This document shows, in pieces, positions 11,531-22,292 of a stretch of DNA of 64,000 bases. The notes beneath the pieces were generated by a model. The model worked only from the letters and a program-made list of their open reading frames with translations. It was not told the origin of the DNA and did no database searches. Source of the stretch: Octopus sinensis. Taxonomy: Eukaryota. Location: assembly GCF_006345805.1 (NCBI RefSeq), contig NC_043002.1:9796001-9860000 (forward strand). The letters are read 5' to 3'. The translations under genes were made by a program, and so were the position numbers. Numbering within the stretch: position 1 is the first letter of the stretch; each line of letters starts with the position of its first letter.

Positions 11531-11892
11531 ATAAGGATAATAATAAACTTATTGGAAGTGTTATCATGTACATTGTTATGTCTTGGTATAAAAGATGGGC
11601 TACAGCAAATATTCTGCTCAATACTACAGATTTGCTTGTCAGTTGTTTGACCTTAACCAGTTGAGCATGTCCCTTAGTGGCTGACAATATGTGCATCTCT
11701 GATCACGAGCAGAAGTAGTGGGGGAGCATCATAGCCATGTGTTGAGAGGGTTTCTTTGGGGTTTGAATAGTTCACCTCTGGAAACATGAGTGGTTCTTTC
11801 AACATCCTCAAACAACCTTTTGAGCGGGATGGGCTACTCAACCTGAAGAAAATTCTAACTGGGCCCCACCTGCAAGGTCATGTGCTGTTTAT
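11531..11892 (-). mobile_element. Partial copy of an unclassified (ATT)n-associated interspersed repeat
   Basis: Reverse complement of part of 25760-26314. Confidence 0.8.
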
Positions 11893-11894
11893 CT

Positions 11895-12063
11895 TTACGT
11901 TCTGAGTTCAAATTCCGCCGAGGTCGACTTTACCTTTCATCCTTTTGGGGTCGATAAATTAAGTACCAGTTACGCACTGGGATCGATGTAATCGACTTAA
12001 TCCGTTTGTCTGTCCTTGTTTGTCCTCTCTGTGTTTAGCCCCTTGTGAGTAGTAATGAAATAG
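11895..12063 (+). mobile_element. SINE family B, 5'-truncated
   Basis: Body and tail match 9360-9588; followed by GGTAG. Confidence 0.88.
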
Positions 12064-12169
12064 GTAGTAGATGACAGACATAATATATGCATTATCAAAC
12101 TCTGCCAACGTTTCAGGGATAGTTTCTTTCTGGGTGAGAGTAGTCACCCCCTTGTACTCCGTCCCAGTA

Positions 12170-12400
12170 TTTTTTAAATCCATATGGAGGTCTGGACCAA
12201 ACCAGACCCCAAGCAATTTAAACTGTCAGTCCGTCTAGCGCCCAACGACGTGGCTGTACATTATGGACTTGATTTTCCAGGTGCCATATTGCAAACCCAC
12301 TGTTTTTTCCTGGTTAATCTTCGCTCCTGATACCGCCTCGTATTCGCGGACAGCGGTGCCGATCTAGAATGATCTCCAGAATAAAGAAATGCAGGGTGAA
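12170..12400 (-). mobile_element. Tx1/L1-type LINE ORF2 fragment
   Basis: EYEAVSGAKINQEKTVGL and LLGVWFGPD, homologous to ORF2 of the 46.7-62.6 kb elements. Confidence 0.7.
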
Positions 12401-12844
12401 CGAAATGGCTATTGAAACTTCCAGATAGCTACGGGAAATGGGCTGCTACTGGTTCAGGTGGGTCACACAGGATTGTACGAAGAGAGACCATCATATCAGT
12501 GAAACCGGATGCATTAGAATGAGAAAAAGCGGTGGAATTCAATGAGAGAAAGCGGTGGATTTCTCTCTATCCCTGCAACTAAGCAAGTGCATATGGTGTG
12601 TGTATCTTCCCTTCAGAACATTGGACGTCATACCGTTGTGATCGTGAAGCCATAGAATGAAGTAAGGGTAGCTCTGTAGACTACAGCCATTGAGAGGCAG
12701 GATCCTCCTCCAGAGCAGCTGGTAGGGGTTCGGCCGTTACAATTTGGGGTTGGAGGTGTGTCGGTGCATGTTTTCGTCAGTTGTAACGTGAAATGTTAAG
12801 TGATATTATCTAAGCAGGAGAAGGTCACCATACACATATGTCTA

Positions 12845-12932
<88 letters not shown>

Positions 12933-14370
12933 AAATGGAGAAGAACTGGAACGAGATAACAAGTAGGGTGGTCTCTCTCGCCCGGCAATGTGCCGAGAGG
13001 AAACTGTCCCTAAAAGGTCGGGCGGAGGTGGCGAACACGTACATCGCGTCCGTCATCTACTACCGCCTGACCGTCGTGCCTTGTCCCGACCCTACCATCA
13101 CCAAACTAGAACGCATTCTCTTTCTCTTCTTGTGGAAAGGATGCGTCCCGATGGTCAGATGATCCATTTTCTGTCAACACCCGTTAAAAGGAGGACTGGT
13201 CATGCCGTGGTTGATGATGCGCAGACACGCGCTGAGACTGCGACGCCTCAGGCTCTACGTAGACGACGGTAAACAGGTGTGGTCGCCGTTTGTGAGGCAC
13301 GCTTTCCCGCAACTCGTCTCCATAACCGAACTGCAGTCGTGGATCAAAAAGAGGCCGAGGAAGGGCGAATGGCACCGCGAGTGTCGCGTTGCTCTCAAGC
13401 AACTCTGCCGTCCTGGGTCGACCTTGAGTGACTCCATCACAACCCAAGCATTCTATAGGGGATTAGTGGAGGGGAGGTACGACGACGAGCTCGGGGCGAA
13501 CCTGGACGTCGACGAGGAATACCTGACCCGCCTGTTCAGGATGACTTTCGGGCCAGGGCCCATGGACAACTTCCAGAGATCCCTGGCCTGGCAGTGCTAC
13601 CGAGAAGCGCTACCCGTTCGGGATAAGCTCTACAGACACGGCCCGACGAAACCGTTCTGCACGCACTCGTGCAGTGTCCAACAATTTCCGACCTGTGGGC
13701 TTATGTCGAACAACTGCTGTCACGTGTGGGACGAGTCGGTTTATCAGCCAAATCTATCGTCAATATTGTCACGCCTCCTTCCTTCAAACGGGAAGGAAGA
13801 GCTATTTTCATCATCCTTGTGGCTATGGCGAAAGAATGTATCTGGTGGACGCGTCTGAAAGGATTGGAGACAAACACTTTCCTCTCTGGTCAATCTCTCA
13901 TCAACTTCTTCAAGTATCACTTGAAAAGGAAAGTGAGAGTAGAGAGGCAAGTTTTGTCTAGTGAATGTTTCAAAAACGGATGGGTGAATGTAGCAAGGAT
14001 GGCACGTATGAATGACGAAGCCACTTTGAGCATGATCCTATGAACCCGAAAAATGTAAAATAAAGGGTTACCTACATGCAAATAAATGTGGTAACATATA
14101 ACAATATTGACCGAGGTTACTGTGGTCTTTTCCGTAGGCTTTTCTTCCCACGGATAAACCTTATCTGCTTCCCCCTTTACACATTACACCATGACACAGT
14201 GATACATGATCCCTATTGATCGTTATCCCCCATTTTTTTCTTCTTTCCCTTTTACGATCCCTTTTGATCAAAAATCTAACCCACCCTTTTTTTTCTCTCC
14301 CCCCAAAAGAAAAGCTCCACTTTGTAATCTGTCCCGTCTGTGTGCAGCCCTGTGTGGCTAATAAAGAAAC
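12933..14370 (+). mobile_element. 5'-truncated Tx1-clade LINE (family Tx1-A) embedded in (TATC)n
   Basis: ORF2 C-terminus (LSLKGRAEVAN, RSLAWQCYREALPVRDKL) and a 3' UTR ending AATAAAGAAAC. (TATC)n lies on both sides (12841-12932, 14371-14585). Confidence 0.92.
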
Positions 14371-14371
14371 A

Positions 14372-14491
<120 letters not shown>

Positions 14492-14520
14492 ATCTATCTA
14501 TCTATCTATCTATCTATCTA

Positions 14521-14620
<100 letters not shown>

Positions 14621-14639
14621 AGGTGGAGTACTTGCGTAG

Positions 14640-15830
14640 ACTGAGACTGAACCTAAATTCGAACTTAAACGGATGGAATACGCTTGAAATTTCAACACCT
14701 AGGCAAAATTCACTACTTATATATCGAGCAGGGGTATTCGCATGGAGAAGTAGATGAACTAAACAGCTTAGACAAAAAGACAAAGAAGTTGCTGACTAGA
14801 TATGGAATACTCCACGCAAAAAGTGATACATACTGTATGTACCAAGAGGGAAGATAGGTCTGATTGGATGTGAACACAGCATAAGAGCAGGAGAAAGCAA
14901 CATAACATGGTATGTAAAAATGTCACAGAACCACTATTATTGGAAGTTAGAAGGTTAGGCTTGAGTAGGATGGAAGATTGCAAAGATAAAGAACTGTTCA
15001 AGGACTTGATATTGAATGAAACAAGAAATTGGTGGGTAAAGAAAAGAATGCATGGACAATTTCATAGGGATGTTGAAGATTAGACAGACAGAGAAAGAAG
15101 ATAGCTGTGGATGACTAAAAGAGATTTAAAACCGGAAATGGAGGCTCTAATCTGTGCTGTCCAAATTAAGAACCAATTACATCAAACATAATATAGACAA
15201 CACATCAGAAAGCAACAAGTGCAGAACCTGCGGACAAAATAGTGAAACCGTATGGCATGTTACCAGTTAATGTACGCCACTAGCCCAGAAAGAATATAAG
15301 AGACGTTATGACAATATAGCGAGGATTGTCCATTGCGAAAAAGGGTACGGAAATAAACCCAAAGGCATTATCGAAAATGATAATTCAAAAATCCTATGGG
15401 ATGTTATGATTCAGTGTGACCATGAGATAGAGAATATGAAGCCAGACATTGTGTTCATTGAGAAAGAAAGCAAGCAATGCTGGATCATAGATATAGCATG
15501 TCCAGCTGATAACAAAATATGCGATAAGGAAGAAAAAATGTGGAGAGATATGACAGGTTAGCTTGGGAGGTTAAGCGGTTGTAGTCGATGAAAAGGTGGT
15601 AGTAGTACCAATAATTGTCTGAGCCCTGGGAACAGTGAGTAAAAATCTTGGGAAGTAGATGGAAAAAATTGAGGTTGCAATAAGGGTTGAGCACTTTCAG
15701 AAAACAGTACTGCTTAGAACTGCTCGATTACTCCGGATCGTCCTCGAAAAATAAGGGATGTTACCTTAGTTCACTGGTAGTGAACAGCTGGCACTGTAGC
15801 TAATCTCCAGCAATAGAAGCTGTGCAAAGA
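14640..15830 (+). mobile_element. Degenerate R4/Dong-clade LINE 3' fragment with (TAA)n tail
   Basis: RMHGQFHRDV, KCRTCGQNSETVWHVTS, ILWDVMIQCDHEI, PDIVFIEKE, WIIDIACPAD (RLE endonuclease); (TAA)n follows at 15835-15972. Confidence 0.85.
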
Positions 15831-15851
15831 CAATAAATAATAATAATAGTG

Positions 15852-15893
<42 letters not shown>

Positions 15894-16056
15894 TAATAAT
15901 AATAATAATAATATAATAATAATAATAATAATTTAGGGTAAAATAAATAAATAAATAAATAATAATAATTAATAATTTTACCAAGTAGTCAGTACGTTAA
16001 AAAACCTTTTTAGGTGAATTATACAAAATATTCTATAATATATACATAATAATAAT

Positions 16057-16408
16057 CAGGGTCTGCTAAGTGCCTTGACACGTACTGAATTAGAAATAGA
16101 CGCTAATGTCTTTACAACTACCATAAAAATCTCCGGGAAAATAACACCCTTTTTTATGTAGGGAAAAAGAAAACTTAAAGCAAATGTATGATTCGGATTA
16201 CCACATTGAGGAGAATAATAGGTAAATACAATTTATTTTAAATTCGAAAGGGGTCTGTGGTTAACCGAAGTCGTGTGGTTTCATCATCATTTTTCTTTTT
16301 GCCTACATAAAAAAGTGTGTTATTCTCCCGGAGATTTTTATGGCAGTTGAAAAGACAGTAGCTTCTATTTCTAATTCAGTACGTGGCGAGGCACTTAGCT
16401 TACCCTTG
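16057..16408. mobile_element. Fold-back MITE with ~120-bp imperfect TIRs
   Basis: GCTAAGTGCC...CGTACTGAATTAGAAATAGA...CATAAAAATCTCCGGGA at the left end is mirrored at the right end. Confidence 0.8.
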
Positions 16409-16449
16409 ATTATAATTATGTATATTGTTATAGATTATGTATGTATGTA

Positions 16450-16722
16450 TGTATGCCACTGGTGGTGGTGTAACACACCATACTAATCATATCTGTCGGG
16501 CATGTGGAAGAGAGTGTAATTCGGCAGGAGGACATAAACGACATGCAAAGGTACATGAAGCCCAGTTACAACTACAGCCGGCTATTACCAGTAAAGGTTT
16601 TAGCTGCCAATTTTGTACAAGACATTGTAGATCTTTAGCTGGGCTAAAAAGTCACATTCGATCACAGCACCAGTAACAGTTAAGCTTCGTGCAATGGCCA
16701 TACTCGATAACGGGGGGGGGGG
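16450..16722 (+). mobile_element. RTE-like LINE 3' end (C2H2 fingers plus 3' UTR) in (TATG)n
   Basis: CRACGRECNSAGGHKRH and CQFCTRHCRSLAGLKSHIRSQH, then a short tail shared with 33723-33749. It starts abruptly after (TATG)n. Confidence 0.7.
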
Positions 16723-16760
16723 ATAATGTATGTATGTATGTATATATATCGCAAGCGTGA

Positions 16761-17065
16761 CTTTGTAGTGTAAGAAGCTTGCTTCCCAACCACATGGTTC
16801 CGGATTCAGAGCTTCGGGCCGACCAAAGATATGTGAGTGGATTTGGTAAACGGAAACTGAAAGAAGCCGCTCGTACATATATATATATATATGCCGGTGA
16901 GTCGATGTCCCCGTAACTTAGCGGTTCGGCATAAGAAAATAATAAAGTAAATACCAGGCTTACGAAGACTTAGCCTTGGGCTACATTTCTTCGAATAAAA
17001 CCCTCCAAGGCGGTGTTTCAAAATGGCCGCAGTAAAAATTACTAAACGATTAAAAGCATAAAGAA
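16761..17065 (+). mobile_element. SINE family A, internally deleted and degenerate
   Basis: Homology to family A with part of the head/body missing. Confidence 0.8.
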
Positions 17066-17070
17066 TAAAG

Positions 17071-17134
<64 letters not shown>

Positions 17135-17265
17135 TATATAAATAGGATGGAACTCTAGCTCAGTCTACGGGAATATATTAATAGTTGTCGACATACTTGC
17201 AAAGTAAGACAAGATTGGTTATAATTGAAATGGATGAAATAATTGTAAACAAACCATTTATCAAA

Positions 17266-17307
<42 letters not shown>

Positions 17308-17341
17308 TATATATATGTGTGTGTGTGTGTTGTGTGTGTGT

Positions 17342-17372
<31 letters not shown>

Positions 17373-17605
17373 TGTGTGTGTGTGGTGTGTGTGTGTGTGT
17401 GTTGTGTGTGTGTGTGTTCATATATGTATGTATACATACATGCAAATATGTGTACATATGAATTTGTTACAACGGAAATCAAATATCGATGGGTGTAACA
17501 CAAAAGCACCAAATGGCCGACTGATTAAATCGATGAAAGAATCGATGGTCAGGCAATTTACAAAGAATCAATTAATCAGTGTGTTATATCTAATTGGAAA
17601 CTTAC

Positions 17606-17681
17606 CCTGGTCACTTGCTCCTTTAACAGCTGTTAATGCTATCAAAAACGAGAAGCAAAAAAGTAGTCGTGTCATAACCAT
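17606..17681 (-). CDS. Coding exon 1 (signal peptide) of secreted Cys-rich protein: MVMTRLLFCFSFLIALTAVKGASDQ(G)
   Basis: ttctttcag|ATG...CAG G|gtaagt; 76 nt; basic-hydrophobic-small residue signal pattern; phase 1 joins to 10021. Confidence 0.88.
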
Positions 17682-17869
17682 CTGAAAGAACAAATGTAAT
17701 TGAAAATGATCAAACTAGTAACTGTTTTCTAATTCATAGAATGGGGGCAATACAAGTAGAAACGTGTGTCTGTATTCTTTGGATATGTGTGTGTGTGTGT
17801 GCATGTGTGTGCGTGAGTGTGTATGTGTCTCTCTGTGTGTGCGCGTATTTGTGGGTATATAACTGTGTC

Positions 17870-18632
17870 GCTACTATTAGGCCGATCAACGTCCATAAAG
17901 ATTTATAGCATGAAAAACTCAGATGTCCCGACTTAAAAGAGACATTAAAATCGCAGTGCAGGCCACGTTAGTAGATTTTGAAAGTAAACTCTGAAATAAG
18001 TCAGATAGAGAGAATGCCTTCGACATAGCTATAGGATAATCTGACTCTGCACAAGTTACGGACTTAAGCGTAAAATGTATCCTTTTCATAATCCTATCTT
18101 CGTTTCCGAAAATCGGTGGAGTTCTATATAGGGATGACGCTCTATTTATGAATAAAGTACAACCAAAAAGGCATAAAAAATAATTGTTTACACTATTTGA
18201 GTACTTCGGAGTGAACATCACTATGGAAAAATTACTGTAGAGTTAACATCCTTGGCGTTGCTTTCAGTCTTTATACTGAGTTGTGTGAACATTTTCATAA
18301 ACCTAATAATAACATTACGTGCATTTAGGTCCTCCGTCTAAGGCTAGGGGCCACGTGGGTGGGTTATTCAACGCTTGGTTTAATTTTTTGTTATTAATGG
18401 ATTTTTTTGTTATTAATACAAGCGTTTCTCTGAGTTGGTGGAGTTTGTTGGTGATTCCTTCACATTAGGCATAGGAGTAGCTGTGTTGTAAGTAGGTTGC
18501 TTACCAACCACATGGTTCCGAGTTCATTCCCACTGCTTGGAACCTTGAACAAGTGTCTTCTACTATAGCCACGGGCCGACCAAAGCTTTGTGAGTGGATT
18601 TGGTAGATGGAAACTGAAAGAAGCCTGTCGTA

Positions 18633-18672
<40 letters not shown>

Positions 18673-19390
18673 CTTGTGTATATGTTTGTGTGTCTGTGTT
18701 TGTCCCCCAACATCGCTTGACAACCGATGGTGGTGTGCTTACGTCCACGTAACTTAGCGATTCGGCGAAAGAGACCGATAGAATAAGTACTAGGCTTACA
18801 AAAAATAAGTCATGAGGTCGATTTGCTCGACTAAACCTAATGTTATCATTAGGTTTATCAAAATGTATCCCACTATCCACCCTCAATAATACGGGGATTA
18901 GTTAAGAATATTTAGGACCTACATCTGGCTCCAAAAGAAGGAAGGATAGCAAATATATAGAACAGAATGGCAACATCGTCAAGGAAACCAATACCAAGCC
19001 GAATGAAAATCACCCGCTGCGGCCATATCGTGATACTAACAAGAAGAGTTGAAAATCCTCCGCTGCGGCCATATCGTGATACTAATAAGAAGAGTGACAT
19101 AACCAAGACGGTTGGAAAACGAGGTCAGCAGATCCACACATGCAACAAAATCTAACAAATGCTCATGCGGAGAACAAAGGTAAAACTCCGATTGATGAAC
19201 CTCTGAGTGGGTACCTACCTTGTATATAAATGCACCGTACATACAACGCGAGGCCCGTACGGTTACATCGGTGCAACGGCTGGTTCGTTGAAGAAATGAT
19301 ATCGAAACAATGGCGCCAGCTTCAATAAAATCAACAAAAAACACTCGACATCTTTGGCTGATTTTGTGTGGTAACTTAGACAATACGATT
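17870..19390 (+). mobile_element. Degenerate Penelope-like element (RT and GIY-YIG), interrupted by a SINE
   Basis: FDIAIG..SAQVTDL and LYRDDAL (~18000-18150); LVYKCTVH...GYIGAT...STSLADFVW (~19220-19380). Confidence 0.75.
18468..18836 (+). mobile_element. SINE family A, 3'-truncated
   Basis: Head and body match family A. Confidence 0.88.
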
Positions 19391-19399
19391 AAATGATGG

Positions 19400-19632
19400 T
19401 GGAAGCACTCCGTCGGTTACGACGACGAGGGTTCCGGTTGATCCGAATCAACGGAACAGCCTGCTCGTGAAATTAACGTGTAAGTGGCTGAGCACTCCAC
19501 AGACACGTGCACCCTTAACGTAGTTCTCGGGGATATTCAGCGTGACATAGAGAGTGACAAGGCCGGCCCCTTGAAATACAGGTACAACAGAAACAGGAAG
19601 TAAGAGTGAGAGAAAGTTGTGGTGAAAGAGTA
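19400..19632 (-). mobile_element. SINE family C, 3' part (tail type 1)
   Basis: Reverse complement of ~30865-31105. Confidence 0.88.
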
Positions 19633-19719
19633 CGGAGTGCTTCCATCATTGAAAGAAAGGGTCTGAAAGTGGTAATGGAGGAACTGAAACTGCGCCTCGA
19701 GGCAAAGAAATAAGACATG

Positions 19720-20700
19720 CACAACCATACATGTCCTTCTCAGAGATGGGGCTCTTCTTAGGTAGAGCCTGTCGATATCACTATTTCTGTGGAGATTTCC
19801 AGCTGATGTTAGAATCTTGCGGGTTTTAAGGTCTATGGAGTAGATTTCTTCTACAAACCAGTCAAATATCCCAAATACAGGAATCAGGATTGGTACTGCA
19901 AAAGCCTTTTGGAACATTGTCCTGTAAGAGGAGAGTTCCGACTGCCATATTTTTATTAGTCTGGTGTAATATTCTTGGGTCATTCTATCTTTATTCACAG
20001 TACTTTGGTATGATATGTTTCCTTGGATACCAAGATACATGTAACAATCTTTGTGTGGGACAGAGTGTGGAAGCACTCCGTCGATTACGACGATGAGGGT
20101 TCCGGTTGATCCGATCAACGGAACAGCCTGCTCGTGAAATTAACGTGTAAGTGGCTGAGCACTCCACAGACACGTGTACCCTTAACGTAGTTCTCGGGGA
20201 TATTCAGCGTGACACAGAGAGTGACAAGGCCGGCCCTTTGAAATACAGGTACAACAGAAACAGGAAGTAAGAGTGAGAGAAAGTTGTGGTGAAAGAGTAC
20301 AGCAGGGATCACCACCATCCCTGCCGGAGCCTCGTGGAGCTTTAGGTGTTTTCGCTCAATAAACACTCACAACGCCCGGTCTGATATATTGGTATGATAT
20401 ATTTCCATGGATACCAAGATACTTGTAACAATCTTTGTGTGGGACAGGAGGGATAGTGAAACTATTGCTGCACAGGTTTTATGTCTTGGAGACTGATTTT
20501 CCCTCGTTTAACAATTAAATAAGAACATTACGTCTGGCCAAATTCCATTCCTATGTCAAGTGAAAAGGTTTTTCATTCCAGTTGTATTTTGACAATGATA
20601 ACTTTTTTAGTGTAAATCCTGAGAAGATCCGCTAAGAAATTACGGGTTACATTAATATCTTTTACAGTTGCTGATCCTAACATGTAGCCTTTTGTGTTTT
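19720..20700 (-). mobile_element. Degenerate R4/Dong-like LINE RT fragment, split by a SINE
   Basis: FSLDIGMEFG, VKRGK, YKYLGI, FAVPILIPVFGIFDW, IDLKTRKILTSAGNLHRNSDIDRLYL. Confidence 0.8.
20068..20383 (-). mobile_element. SINE family C, 5'-truncated, flanked by a 59-bp direct repeat
   Basis: Matches 30790-31105; flanks 20005-20063 and 20389-20447 match at 56/59. Confidence 0.9.
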
Positions 20701-21002
20701 GTAGCCAAAATGAAGAAGATGGTGCTCCAGCATGGCATCAGTGAAATGACTGAAACAAGTAAAAGATAAAAATTGAGAGAGGCTATATCCCTGGAATATT
20801 CCCATTGAAATATTTATGGCTTTGGAGACAATAGTGTGAGGTTTGATGCCATTAATATTTCTAAATTCTGGTCAAAATGCGATAAAAATTCCGACGTCTA
20901 TATACTATTTTTTTTCATAAGATTTTTGGCATTTGCCCGACCAGTTACGCTTGACGTCTTCTTTTAAATAGTTATTCAGCGGTTCTCGTAAATCATTGAT
21001 AT

Positions 21003-21515
21003 TCGGTATATATAAAACTGTAGTTGTGTGAGTGTCTGTCCCCTTCGATTTAGATTCCTAACTATTCCCACATTTTGCGGTGCAGTTTAACCAAAACCGG
21101 GTATCTTATAGTCGTGATTCATATCGAGCCCGTCTGGCTATTAGCACGCGTCTACGATGAGTCTACGATTTTAAAAATAATTTAACATCATTTTTTATTC
21201 CATTTTAATGCATAATTTTTCGTGTGTCGATGGCGGCGGAGTTGGCGTCCATGGTCACACCTGCAGCTGTTTGATTCTCCCCCTTCTTCCCTCCCTCGTG
21301 AAGCTGTGGGGAAGGGAGTGTAAGGAAATCAACGTCGTAAAGCGTTGTCAAGGAGACCAGCGTTCTTTTAGAACAACGACTTCATGGCTTGAAGACACCA
21401 AAACAGAAATGGCTAAGAAAGCCCGAATTGGCATCTATAAGAGAAGTAACTCTCTAAAAATGCTTATATAGTTATTTCCCTTACAAACCCGAGCAACGCC
21501 GGGCGATACTGCTAG
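21003..21515 (+). mobile_element. Non-autonomous Helitron-like element with an extra internal segment
   Basis: TC..TATATATAAAA start; CCCG-AGCAACGC-CGGG hairpin then CTAG 3' end; homologous to 38895-39288. Confidence 0.8.
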
Positions 21516-21883
21516 TTCGGTATATATGACTGATAGTAATTTGCGAGCTCCCAAAATTCTCGTAAAGGTGTAATGTTTGTCGGGGGAGGCACATATTTTA
21601 TTACACTCGCCATTGACAGGTCTGGTCTGCGTCAAGTTATATATTTTATTCATCATTAAAAAATCACGCCTTTTCTCGCTGAGCTTAAAATCATAATCTT
21701 TATTTTTTCGAAAATCTTTTTAACATGCTCAGCAAGCTAAGCACGAGATTCGCTTTTTATGAGTTTGTCGTCAAGGTAAGCTATACTGAGATCCAAACTT
21801 GCGAGCATAGTTTCCATAACTTGTTGGGAAATACCTGGTGCTACATTTATACCAAAAGGCAGTCGATTAAGTTTATACAATCC

Positions 21884-22292
21884 GGATCTTTTCGGTTTGA
21901 ACGGCATTTAAAAAAAATAATTTCTAAGTAACTAAACACTTTTAAACTTCGTATACTGGTAGAATGTGTTTATAAAACATCTTTTTCCCTTGGCTTTATT
22001 GAGAATATTCTATAGTTTGTAAGATATTTGTTGTTTTTTGCTTTAATTTCTGCAATATCAACCAATCAATGACATCTATTGAGGTGAAAACATTCTGTGC
22101 CGTATGAATATGTCCCTCGTTTAAGAAACAGATTGGGTTTATTTACATCTGTGAAGAAAAAAGATACCCTTTCCTCTACCCCTAGCCCTAAAACAGATTG
22201 AAATGCAATAGATCGCTACTAGGGTCATAATTATGGGTGACAATTTCATATGACACCGCTAGAAAAAACTGCCGTTCAAACCCAAAAGATCC
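21884..22292. mobile_element. MITE with GGATCTTTTCGGTTTGAACGGCA TIRs
   Basis: TIRs at both ends; inverted copy at 27596-28109; no TSD visible at this copy. Confidence 0.85.

Noticed and set aside
11465-11696. Poly-Ile/Leu, YLSI, CVCV, YVCM and HTHT ORFs throughout the window
   Set aside because: Translations of (AAT)n, (TATC)n, (TG)n and (TATG)n microsatellites.
16437-16676. Two-finger C2H2 ORF as a member of a host zinc-finger expansion
   Set aside because: It has no TGEKP linkers, starts inside (TATG)n, and ends in a tail shared with another repeat; it fits an RTE-type LINE C-terminus better.
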